Below are positions 37,798 to 50,640 of a stretch of DNA of 64,000 bases, piece by piece (position 1 is the stretch's first letter; each line of letters begins with the position of its first letter). A program made the translations under genes and the position numbers. The stretch is from Octopus sinensis. Its lineage: Eukaryota. The notes beneath the pieces are model-generated. The model saw only the letters and a program-made list of their open reading frames with translations, was not told where the DNA came from and searched no databases. The stretch is taken from NCBI RefSeq assembly GCF_006345805.1, contig NC_043009.1:39246001-39310000 (forward strand), written 5' to 3'.

Positions 37798-40700
37798 TAA
37801 TAGTTAAGAGGAGATTCAAGAGAATTGTCTCACCACACCACCACCACCACCACTACCACTACCACTACCACCACCATCACCACTACCACCATCACCATCA
37901 CTTTCCCAGAAATACTGGGTAGAGAAAGTGGATGCGTGGATAGAAAAGAGAAATTCAGATTTCGCAATCGAAAGCTAAAGGAAAAACAAGGGTAAGATGA
38001 TATGTGCAAATCACAAAGTAAATTTATTCAGGGAACGAAATAAAAAAAAGCCCTCCTAGATTCACCATTCCTGGTAAACTGCTTATTATGCACTGGTTCA
38101 TAACATAACGGTAGCTACATAAAAGCACCATCAACATCTGTCAAACATCACTAGGCCTACACTAACAAGCGTGTAAAATATGGGAGGTCTTTCTGCTGCA
38201 CCTGTATAAAGAATCCAATTTCTCGAACTGAGACATCGGAATTAAAATAACTGAAATTTCTGATGACATGGATTCCATGCATATCCATTTCAAAGACAAC
38301 GATAGTTGGCGTTATTGTGGCTTAGTGTTTGTAATTACTATTTCATTTAAACATACAGTTCCATTTACATTCGTGCTAAATCCTGTTACTTAAATGCATT
38401 AAGCTAATACTAATTGATATTACTCTTATCTCCCTTTTATGCTAATAAGATTAGACTTCAAGTTGGATCCAATTCTGGAGATACAGCAAGAATCACTATT
38501 CCCAATCTGCTTGAAATAATTTGAAATAATTTCACGAAATCTCGAAGTGTAAACATTGAATGGTTTGTGGAAAATTAATTCTATCTTTGAATATTTGCCA
38601 ATAATTGTATACGAGCTTTTGACTTCAAATTGTGGCCAATGAATTATATAAATGCAGAAGCGTTTACCTATGTAACTACCTCTATGTGAGGAAAGGACAG
38701 ATTCGATATTTTTCTTCCTACATACTCCTAAAGAATTTTGGCTATTGTTTGGTTATTAATTTTGCTCGATTACGGGTTGTCCTGGGGCCAAACAACAATA
38801 ATAAACAATGGTCTCAATAACAGTAATAAGAATAACAACTACAACAAAAATAACATGACAACCACAAGCACATGAACAAAAGCAGTTATAGGAACAGCAA
38901 TGACCACAACAACAACGAAAACAACAACAACAAATACAAGGCGAACATCCTATATTTCAATATAACGGGGTTATTAAATCAGAGATGACGAAGTCAGAAT
39001 GTCTATCCTCGTTCTTTTCGAAGATAAGAAATGCTATTGCTGTTTAGTACTAATTTACCTCTCACCCAGCAGACTATGAACAAATGCATTACAGCTACGA
39101 ACTTCGTATTCCTTGTGTGTATATCTAAAACTTATTGGGTGAGATTTAATGGAGATTTATCTCTTTATTTCTAGCAGATAAAGCAACCACGTTGAGATTC
39201 TCATCGTAGCTCAACCTATTACGGTCCTCTTTCTACCTATGTAAGAGACTCATACCGAGGCTGTATTTCAGTCATGGTTAACTTGCGACCCACGGGATTT
39301 TCTGAACGGCACGCTTAACGAAAAAGTATCTTGAATTTTTTTAGTAGTGCAGCCCCTCTAATGATGAGTTTTGTCTCATGCAAACCACTTCTCGATAAAG
39401 TTTACCCAAACCTGCCGCATTTGGTTTGTGTGCACTTGAAGCGGGTGGGTGTCCATATTATTTAAAAAAAAAAAGATTAGGCTTTGTACTTCTAAATTTT
39501 GGATGTTTCCCTTTTGGCATATCTGAAATGTCGGTGAAATTTACCTCAGTCTGGCTTTCACATTTATGTACGCTGTAGGAATAAAGAGCCTGTTCGTAAG
39601 AATAATTCAATAACAATGTAGAGTAATTAATTGTATGCTGAGGGTACTTGCTGTACTCCGTTTTTGAATATAGACGTCAATGTCTCATCAGGTGTTGGAG
39701 AGACTACGTAAGTATTTCGGCTCGCACCGCGACACCAGAGCTGCCTGGAGCCTTCTACTTTATTGTGTCAGACGTTCTCAACTCTAGGCCAGGTGTTCCT
39801 ACCATACTCAGTATACTGTCAGTCCCCAGCGTTTCATATTACTTGTTTTGATTCATAAATATAATTCTTATTTGCATGAAATTTTTCGAAGATCTAGTTT
39901 CGTCCTTCAAAATTACAAAGAATTCTAATATTCTTAATATATATATATTTACTTTGCCATTTGCACACTAATACATCGATAGTGTGCTAAATACATATAA
40001 AGAAGTAACTAGTGATTACTCTGCATTTATAGATACACGGATGTTGTTCAGCATGAGATAGAAACCAATATTTAAAATATAATCTGACGCGTAAATTTTT
40101 TTGTCGGTTTTTACAGTTTAACAGTTATGCAATATTCGTTTGCAAGACTGGAAACATCTTTCAGTTTATAACCTATTGTTTGTATTTCTATTGACAATAT
40201 ATTCATCTAATAAAACACTAAATAAACACAGGGGGAGAGAGAGTCTGTGAGAGAGTGGGAGAGAGAGTCTGTGAGAGAGTGGGAGAGAAAGACAGTTTTG
40301 CATTTCGATATATATTTAAACCGTCATACAATTCTTTTTAGTTTAGCTCCGTTAAATAATGATTAGGTTGTTGCATTTCTTTTATAGATTTCTATACTAA
40401 ATCAGTAGAATATTTTTGCCAAGCAGTAATTATGGCGACGTTGTGTAGCAAAGATAAAGTAAGACATGTGATTAATTAACAATGAGTTTGCATATATTTT
40501 ACTTCTGTTTTCATTTGTGTAATCATTGGAGTTTTTATTTTAAACAAACAAACCAAAATCACAGATACACAACATATACAGACACGTGCACACACAGCGC
40601 GAACACACAGCATACAGACATTGGAATTACCACTGTCTTGTCTTTTATGATTAGCAAAAAGTATTGATTCTGCTTCTAGATCAACTTTTCAGATATGTTG

Positions 40701-41568
40701 TATAAAACATTATATTTTTTTTTCTTTAATTACGTCGATAGCTCATTAGGTTTTTTTTTAACATTTGAACTGCAAAAGTTGATTTTTCAAATAAATATTA
40801 TGAACTTTGTTCATATGGTCGGGCCTTTGTATTTAAGAAAAACCAAACTAACTCATTTTCAATAATGGGCATTTATTTGCAAATATGAAACAATGTGTAA
40901 CTAATTCCTGATAACGGCATTGTAATTGAAGTGAACCTAACAAATATTTTTATTCATCGACCAGCATCAATATTAGGCTTTGGATACGATTGCAGCAGAT
41001 AAACTGAAAATTAGTTTTCTCCTTTTAATTAACTTGAATTGTAATTCTACGAAATTATCTGATACCTGATCAAAATATTTCTATCATCAATATAGACCAT
41101 CTAATTTTCTAATATAATATTGATGAAACCACAATCTATCACAGAATAGATTGTCTTCCCCATATACATACTTACAGTCAACGTAATAAAATTATTTCGT
41201 GACTCATGTAGGAGATAGTTTTACTGGTATCATAAATGAAAGTGAGTCCTAGTTTCACCCACGAATTTCTTTTATGTAGATAAAACGTCGTGGTGTTCTC
41301 TTTTTTCTTTTATTGCGATTGATCACAACATTCCCTTAATCCAATATTAAATTCGATCAAGCAACTTATTAATTCATCATCTCATTTTGTCTGAACGGAA
41401 ATTTCAGTAATTACTAGTCTTATAATCTAGCATAAGGTTGACCAAAGTCATGCAAGTACAATTTTGTACATGGAAACTCTGCAGAAATTCACTAAATGTT
41501 TAATGAGTAATTGCAGAACGCTTTGTTCATAAATAAATTGCTAAGACTGAACTGTCGTGTGGAGCGCG

Positions 41569-41607
<39 letters not shown>

Positions 41608-44600
41608 CACACACACACACACACACACACAAGCACACGTACACGCACACACACACACATACATTCTTTCTCTCTCACACACGCACACATTTATATATAC
41701 ATGTGTGTGTATGTATTATTATTTAATAAGAATAGCAGTGACAGTAATTTCGAAATTTTGGCCATCATTGGCCACTCTATAATAAAAGTATTAGAATACA
41801 AAAGCTATGGCATCTTTAGTTTTTAAATTGGCATCTAAATCTGCTTTAATCAGTGAATTATTATTCTTTAAGAAGATTCGGTGTGATTTAATACGGGTTT
41901 GGCCTCTATTTCTTGCAGAGTTATGGACTACGTAAAAATTCATTATTTGTTTCGTGCAAAATATGAAATTGTTCTAGTTGAGAGTATTTAATAGCGTCAG
42001 CTGTGTTACTGGATATATTTTACAGAACATGTAATATGATATAAAGTTTCTAGATAAGTTTTCAACAATTTTAATGTTGGGAAAATAATAGAAAATTCTC
42101 TGAAGATGAGTGAGGGCACTCTATTTACCGATATTGTTAAACGTAATATCTAATAAAAACACATTTTCATTGAATATATATCTGATAATTAGCTGTAGCA
42201 ATTCACCAAATTTTCAGTTATATCACGAGAAACGACAGATATCGTGTGGGTGAAGTGCAGTTTTATAGTAGATTTTTAATGAAAAGTAGTTTAGTAGCAA
42301 TTGTTTGTGTACAACTAACGCCTGTTAACTCAGGAAATATTGCTGGAAATATAAATGTGTATTAGTATCATAAAAGAAAACAAAATGGGAAAAATTTTGG
42401 GTAAGCCTTATTCGTTTAGAGTACCAGGGATACTCAAACACAATTTGCTCTCAGACGAAGGGCAGATCCCCGAAACGTGAAAAATGATAATTTTAGTAGC
42501 AGCTATATTTATGAAAACACTTTTATTTATTTATTTATTGTGAGTAATACCTGAATTTGGAATTTTTTGTTCTACTTCTTGGAAATAAGAAGTACCTATT
42601 ATGCATCCCGAAAACTAAATGTATAATATAAATAATAACTTGTATATAAATCGATAGTTTTTTTGTAATAGAAATGTATTTATTATGCATGAGCTTGATT
42701 AAATCTGCCTATTTGATGGATATTATCGAACATATTCTTCTTATCAGTCAAAGTTTTATAATCACATGCATTTTAAAACAATACAGCTGGCGGAATTCAC
42801 GTCAGGGAAGCGTTCTGCATACTAAATAGTTAATGATTAAATCATAGATATCCTTTCCTATATTAACCGTACTCACGTCAAATCCAGTTCAAAGGTCGGT
42901 TGTCAGTTCCATTCCAGAAATATTTTGCGTCATTATATTACCAAAAACTCAGAGCTGAAACAATAATTTCGCATTAGTGTATTTTATATTGTTTTTTTTG
43001 AAAAATCCCAGTCTTTAAATGAATGCCAGAAAATATTTCCTACCTAATTCGTTTTTCTATCAAGCCGTTGATTGCAAAATGCTTAACTATAATTATTTCC
43101 ATATTAGAATCATGTGAAAAACTAAATTGTTTTTCAAATATATATGGTAAATATGCAGTATATAATCAATTGTTTTAAATTAAATTCTTTACCTATACAC
43201 TGGAAACTAAATTAAGTCATTTCTGATGACGTTAACCAAACTCAGAAACCATAATTTTTAATTTCTCATCCTGATGTAATTATAATTTCTCTCATTAATC
43301 TTTTTCGCCAATTCAATTATTTAATAGCTCTTTCTATATCATCACCAAATTAGTTTATTCCTCATCTATATCCACATCATTTATTTCTTACGATTGCTCC
43401 ACATTCATAATATGCTCCTTGCCAATCCATGACACCTTTAATTAGTCTAACTCCTACTACAACATGAACATATGTGAAATTAATCTCATACAGACGTTTT
43501 ATGCATATTCATGAAAATTCCAATCTATTTTATAACCTCAACAAGAGAATCTAATTCAGGTGATCACCAGTATTACAATTTTTTTCCTCGTTTTTCATTA
43601 GCATGCTTTTGAAAATTTATGTATTTCATTAAAAAAAAAAATGTTGATGCATCAATTCCATATTTTTTCATCGCCAACTGCAATATAAAAACCTAATTAC
43701 ATTTGCATATAATAATTTGACCTGTGCCTTCTACATTAAAATTTTATGATCCACAAATTACTACAGTTTACTATACCTATGCTGTGAAACGTGAACAGGA
43801 AACTATTTTTATCACAGATAAATTTTCTGCTTTAACAGAGCTATAGCGAACTTAAACTAAAAAAAGTGCTTCCCAACTTATTTTTCCCAAGATCCCACTA
43901 GAAATGCTAGTAAAATGTATTCCCCACTGGTGGTTGGGAAAAAATACAACAACCTTACTTTTAATATTTCATTATTATATACTTCCGTTAAAGAAATATC
44001 AACACTAAGGCATTAGAATATTGTTATACTGTGGCAAAGAGTTTTCAAACATTATGTTCGGCTGGAGGGATTTGTTTGGCTATGTTTGGCTAGAGTAGTA
44101 TGTTTGCTGTGAAAAAACAAAAGAAACAAATTGGAGGTCCCAAGTCTCACCGTCATTTTCCCAGTCCCTGCCGGTGGGATGTATACCCTATACTGGGAAT
44201 CACTGAAGCTACAGAGATAGAAAGTGAATTTTCATTTAGAGTTCGACTTTTCGTGGCCAAGTGGTTAAACTACGAGTTCGATCCCTACACGGGGAAGTTT
44301 TGTTGTGCCTATCAGCAAAGCATTTAAATTAACGCTGCTTTCGTTTACCCAGCTGAAAATGAATTCCAGCCCAGTTTTAGTTATGTCTTTTCTATTTCTT
44401 GCTGTTACATTCTTGTTGAATTACTAACACAATGTCAAGCTAGTGTTTATGTTTCCTTGCAAATAGATAGTTACCTACAGCAAATAGAGACAGCGTGGTA
44501 CATCCCTCAAGGATATAGTCGCTACTCACGTTTGACTGCTATAGTTTTCTGTATTTAAGTCATAAATAGTTCATATAAACAAGGATACAAATGTATCAGA

Positions 44601-44747
44601 TATACTGTTAAACATCATTGGCTAAATCTCGCTCACGTTAACTACTATAATTATAAACAGCTTCTGTAACTTCTAATATTATTAATGAACAGTAAATGCT
44701 ACAGCTAAAACTGCTCCATTAATGGTAGGTCTAATAGGTGCTTGTGA

Positions 44748-45075
44748 AGGCGCGTGGCTCAGTGGTTAGAGCGTCGAGCTTACGATCGTGAGCTCGAATC
44801 CCGGACCGGGCTGCGTGTTGTGCTCTTGAGCAAGACACTTTATTTCACGTTGCTCCAGTTCACTCAGCTGTAGAAATGAGTTGCGACGTCACAGGTGCCA
44901 AGCTGTATCGGCCCTTGCCTTTCCCTTGGACAACATCGGTGACGTGGAGAGGGGAGGTCGGTATGCATGGGCGACTGCTGGTCTTCCATAAAACAAGCTT
45001 GCCCAGACTTGTGCCTCAGAGGGTAACTCTCTAGGTGCAAACCCATGGTCAGTGTCTAACCGAAGGGGGTCACCA
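44748..45075 (+). mobile_element. tRNA-derived SINE family D
   Basis: ggcgcgtggctcagtggttagagcg head, ttcacgttgctccagttcactcagctg CORE-like part; aligns with 52078-52410. Confidence 0.88.
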
Positions 45076-45893
45076 CCAATAGGTGCTTCTGTTGCTCTTG
45101 ACTTTCTATTGTTATAATTATCACCTTTATTATTAATGGTTTGAAAAACTCATTTGCTCCTCTCTAAAAGCAAAATATGTTTTTCTTGCTTTTGTTTTTA
45201 TTCTTCTTGCTTACCACGTTGTTTTTCTTGTTGTTATTTATTATCGTTTGGGACGGCGAGCTTAGAGCATCGCTAGAGCTTCCGGTTGCATACTTCACAG
45301 TATTTCTTCCGGTACTTCAAGTCGTGGCAGATATTCCATTCAGATCCGAAATGATTTTCGGATCTTTAAAATGTGATCGACTTACTTCCCTTATTAAACA
45401 ATGTTGTTCTTGTTGCTCTTGCTGATGATTTTGTTGTTGTTTTGAGGGATTCATGCGATTTTCTACTGAATGATCAGATGCACATACGTTTTGAAACTGT
45501 GGGCGAGGCTTTATTTTTTTTGCTCTGTAGACTATAGTCCTGCATTCATATACTACATCAGTATTAATATGTCATAGAGTCTGTCTCGTTACTTTCTGTA
45601 GTGCAATTGTTTTCTTTGTTCAAATTGAACTGTTTTTTTTTTGTTGGTAGATGGATACATTTCCTGTCTACTTTTTTCTCTGTTTTCAACTCTTACCATC
45701 CTTTGCAGGCCATCCGCAGGGTTAAGTAACCCTTCCTCCTAATCACTATCACTTGCTTCATTATATTATTTTCTTATATCGGACACATGTCCTTTTCCAT
45801 CCAAAATTTCAAGGTACGTCAACCTACTCCCGACTTCTTTCCAGCTTTGGTCTTTCATGACATTCTGTCTCTCATGCATCTGGGCATTGATTA

Positions 45894-45894
<1 letters not shown>

Positions 45895-45952
<58 letters not shown>

Positions 45953-46760
45953 TAGTTTTATTTTTATAGCGTGCTTTCACTTCACTACCGAGCGCAGCTC
46001 TGTGTGCCTTGGGTATGTGCTGTGATTTGTTGTGATGCTCTGATGGTTATTGTATGGAAAGTGTTCTGCGTAGGATGTGTGCAGTGCCTAGTAGTGCAAT
46101 TTTCTGTATGTTATATGTGTTTGTAAGTCCTGGTGTTTTTGTTATGTATTTGTCTGAATATTTTTTATCATGCCTAATGCACCTACTATGATAGGAATTG
46201 TTTCTGTTTAAAGATTCCACATTCTAGTTACCTCTATTTCCAGGTCTTTGTATTTTGAGAGTTTCTCCATTTCTTTTAGAGGCACGTTGTCATCAGCCGG
46301 TATTGATACATCAATTAGAAAGCATTTATTTTCTTCATGGTCTCTGACAACTATATCTGGTCTGCTGGCCTTAATTTCTCTATCTGTGTGTATCGGCATA
46401 TCCCAGAGTATGGTTGCTTTCTCGTTTACTGTGACCTTTTCTGGTGTGTGCCTATACCATCTCTTTTCTGTTGTTATTCCATAATGTTCGCATAGCTTCC
46501 AATGTATGTAGGTTCCAACTCTGTCATGTCTGTGAATATATTCCTTCTTAGCCAGGACTGGGCAGCTAGAGATAATATGATTTATTGTTTCTTGTCCATC
46601 TCCACATATTCTGCAGTTACTTGTAATATTTCTTTTCATTACATGTTTTTGGTAATTTCTGGTGGCGAGGCTTTGGTCTTGTGCTGCAATTAAAAATCCC
46701 TCTGTTTCTGCTTTGAGTCCTGAGCTTCTCAACCATTGCTGGGATTTTTCTTTGTCTATT
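45895..46760 (-). mobile_element. R4/Dong-like non-LTR retrotransposon, 5'-truncated, with 3' UTR and (TAA)n tail
   Basis: CCHC knuckle CRICGDGQETINHIISSC plus RLE motif RPDIVV...LIDVSIP...EK; (TAA)n on both sides. Confidence 0.92.
46047..46750 (-). pseudogene. R4/Dong ORF C-terminus (zinc knuckle plus restriction-like endonuclease) with one in-frame stop
   Basis: ORF 46208-46732 continues past TAA as TETIPIIVGALGMIKK...ALLGTAHILRRTLSIQ*. Confidence 0.9.
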
Positions 46761-46850
46761 TCTTTGTCTATTTTCTTTGTTCAAATTGAACTGTTTTTTT
46801 TCTTTTGTTGGTAGATGGATACATTTCCTGTCTACTTTTTTCATTACATG

Positions 46851-46904
<54 letters not shown>

Positions 46905-46926
46905 GTTATTATTATTATTATTATTA

Positions 46927-48110
46927 AGTAGGGCGTGCATTAGGGTGAGTGGTGAAGTAAGTGAGTGGTTTGATGTGAAGGTGCGGTTAAGACAGGGTTG
47001 TGTGATGCCTCAGTGGTTGTTTAATTTATATATGAATGGTGTGGTGAGAGAAGTAAATGCAAGAACCTTTGGTAGGGGAGCCCAAATGGTGGGAGAAAAT
47101 GAAGAGAAATAGCAGGTGAGTCAGTTGTTGTATGCTGATGATTCAACACTGGTGGGAGATTCAGAAGAGCAACTGAGGTGAGTGGTTTTAGAGTTTGGAA
47201 GAGTGTGTGAGAGGAGGAAACTGAAAGTGAATGTAGCTAAGAGTAAGGTGATGAGATGTTCGAGAGATGGAATGGCTGGTAGGATGGATGTGAATATAAA
47301 TGGTGATATGTTAGAGGAGCTGAGTGTTTTTAAGTATTTGGGATCACATGTGATGGCGGATTAGGGGTTGGCTGAGAAAGTGAGATATAGAGTGAGCGAG
47401 GAGAGTGAGATACTTGGAGTTGTTAAAGGTATGCTGAGAGATAAAAGGTTGAGTATGAAAGCGAATAGAGGTGCGTATGAGGGCGTGATTGTGCCGGCAA
47501 TGTTATATGGTGCAGAGACGTGGAAGCTGAGGGAGGTAGAAAGGAGGCAACTAAATGTGTTCGAGACGAGATGTTTGAGGGCCATGGTTGGTGCGACACG
47601 GATGGACAAGATGAGGAATGATGAGGTGCGAAGGCGAGCATGAATGAGAGGAAACTAACGACCAAAATGGAAACACGGATGTTGAGGTGGTTTGGCCACA
47701 TGGAGAGAACGGATGAGGAGCGGATGGTAAGGAGGATGATGAACACAAAAGTGGTAGGCAGCAGAGCCTGAAGCTGACTTCGGTTTGTGTGGATGGATGG
47801 CTGGTGTGAAGAAAGTTTTGGTGGTTAGAGGTGTTGGAGTGAGAGAGGCAAAAGAGTTTATAAACCATAGGAAAGCTTGGAGAGTGTTTGTGGACGGATG
47901 AGTGAATTCGATGCTGCTCAAAGGGGTACGGAACCAGCACGATGCGGCGGGGAGTAAAACAGCATATGCTGTCGGGCCCCGCTGCTGACATTGGGGGTTG
48001 CGTTCTATGCCTTGACCCGAGCATAGAACGGAGCTCGCCACTTTGAGTTGAGAAATGAATGGAATGCCTGGTGTGAGTCTTGTGGCTACCCACTCCAAAA
48101 AAAAGGGGGG
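46927..48110 (+). mobile_element. RTE-clade LINE, 5'-truncated, reverse transcriptase and C-terminal region degenerate
   Basis: VRLRQGCVMPQWLFNLYM...LLYADD...LKVNVAKSKVM...FKYLGS...LYGAETW motifs with stops and a frameshift. Confidence 0.93.
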
Positions 48111-48149
48111 GATAGGCCTGGGTATATAAAATAATATTAAAAAAATTTA

Positions 48150-48359
48150 AGTTAGCGAGCTGGCTGAATCGTTAGCATGACAGGCAGAATGCTTAGCGGT
48201 ATTTCGTATGTCTTACGTTCTGAGTTCAAATTTCGTCGAGGTCGACGTTGCTTTACATCTTTTCGGAGTCAATAAAGTATCAGTGAAACATGGGTTCCGT
48301 GAAATCGACAAGTTCCCCTCCCCCAAATTTCAGGTCTTGTACTTTTAGTAGAAATGATT

Positions 48360-48394
<35 letters not shown>

Positions 48395-49070
48395 TCATCG
48401 TGACTGTGATCGGGAAAATCATCATCTTCAACAGCATCATCATCATCATCGAAAGTAGTAGTAGTAGTAGCTTTAGCATAGTAGTAACAATAGAGGCAGC
48501 TGTAAAACAACACTTACCTTGTCGCCGTTGTTTTATTTCCTACGAGCTCTCACGCGCAATTCAAGATGTAGAACATATACCACTGCAGGTCATATTGGCC
48601 GAAAAGTTATTGGATAACAACAAAGCAAATACTATCAAAAGGTAGCACTTAAAAGTACATGCGACATTTACATTCTCAGAAACACTGTTACTGGGTTCAT
48701 TTCGATAATATTACTACAACTGAGTTCTGACGGCAAAAGAGAATATTGGTTTCACATTTTGGTACGAGGCCAGTACATTCTGAGAGGGAATAAATCGATT
48801 ACATTGACCCACATTGCTTAACTGGTACTTATATTATCGACCCCGAAAGGACGAAAAGCAAAATGATTTAAAATTTTGGCACAAAGCCAGCAATTTATGG
48901 GAGTGGGTAAATGAATTACATCGACCCTCCAGTGACCAGCTGGTACTTATTTTATCGACTCCGAGATGATGAAAAGCAAAATGATTTTAAATTTTGGCAC
49001 AAGGCCAGTAATTCAGAGGGAGGGGTAAGTCAATACAGTCGACCCCAGTGCTCAACTGGTATTTATTTAA
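48150..49070. mobile_element. SINE family B copies (plus 48150-48360; three minus 3' fragments 48745-49070)
   Basis: agcgagctggctgaatcgttagc head; repeated aaattttggcacaa...ccag...tcgacc. Confidence 0.8.
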
Positions 49071-49436
49071 AACAAAATTAGAATTATTCATTACTAGTGG
49101 TTCGCACGCGTAACAAATACCATAATACAACATATCTTCATATAGATAAGACTGCATGAAGATATATACAGAAAGAGAAGACAAATGACTGGTTTTCTTG
49201 CATAGTAAAAAGGGCCCTTAAACCCAAGCCACGAAGAAATAATCCTAAAGGCACACGTTGATCCATAACTCGAATTCCCTATCAATGAGCAAATAAATTC
49301 ATTTGTCATCCGTAGTTCAGCAATGGGATCGCTTATACAATACATAATTTTGTAGCTTAATACGTACTGAAAAAATACCTGCGAACTGTTATAAACCTGT
49401 CTTTGTCTTTTGTTCTTCTGTATATTCCAACTCTCT

Positions 49437-49509
<73 letters not shown>

Positions 49510-49899
49510 GTAACGTTAAACTAATACAAATAAAATTTATACATCGATGTATACATGAGCACTTCCTAGATTTCGGAAAGATCCATGGTTCACTTCACTT
49601 TTTTCAATAGCAGATTCCCAATGCAATGTGTAACATCACTACGTAGCTGCACTACTAACTGAAATTGTTTCATTAAAACAGTCGTTACCTCGTGAGCATT
49701 CAAAGAATGATTAAATAATTGAGTTCTATGGAAATAGAGAATGGAGAATTTTGTTAACGTCTGTGAAAATTATTTACACTAATGCATTATATACAGTTTT
49801 TATTTTCTTAATAAAATTTCTTCGAATCAAAATCTCCTTTATTTATTGCTATATCTCGTATATATTCTTCGGGCGAGGTATCTGATATATTGCTCACTA

Positions 49900-50259
49900 C
49901 TGTTGTTAAAGTGTCATGCTATCAACACCACCATCAAGAACCTCATATTTTACTTCGTCTCCCACACCCACTACCTCCTCTTCTCCTCCCCTTCTTATCA
50001 GCATCATTATCATCATCACGACGACGACCTACACCACCTCCACCACCACCACTAGCACTACCACCACCATGAACATCATCGTCACCATCACCATCATCAC
50101 CAACCACCACCATTACATCCTCCACCACCACATCCTCCACCACCACCACCACCACCACCACTACTATCACCACCACCACTTCCACCACCACCACTAGCAC
50201 TACCACCACCACCACCAACATCATCGCCACAACCACCATCACCGATACCACCACCCTCG

Positions 50260-50290
<31 letters not shown>

Positions 50291-50640
50291 TATCATCATC
50301 ATTAGCAGCAACAGCAACTGCAGCTGCACAGCAACATCATCCTAACCCTCCTCCTCCGCCTTTTCCCCTTCTTTCCTCATCTTCCTCGTCGTCATCATCA
50401 TCATCATCATCATCATCATGGTTTTGCCACTCTCTCACATCATCATCCCCCTCATTATCATAGCGTAGATCATAGTTATACTTCCCTTTTCCTCCTCCTC
50501 CTCCACCACATCCTCCCCTTCCCCTTCCCCTCCTCCTCCTCGTCATCATTATCAGCATCATTATCACCATTGTTATTCTCATTGTTATCAGCTTCATCAG
50601 CTTCATCGCAAAAATAAATAAAACTCAATTTATTCGAAAC
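49900..50640. repeat. Trinucleotide low-complexity mosaic (CAC/CAT/CAG/CCT)
   Basis: Directly visible. Confidence 0.9.

Noticed and set aside
39670-39730. Type II-like HHR order on minus (AGCC-GAAA...GTC...CTGATGA-GAC)
   Set aside because: No stem I can form between GTC and CTGATGA, and stem II is mismatched.
44748-44820. Genuine tRNA genes at SINE heads (also 23300-23367, 52078-52150)
   Set aside because: Incomplete cloverleaves that run directly into SINE bodies; these are tRNA-derived heads only.
47423-48098. Minus-strand ORFs of 107-180 aa
   Set aside because: Antisense shadows of the RTE reading frame.
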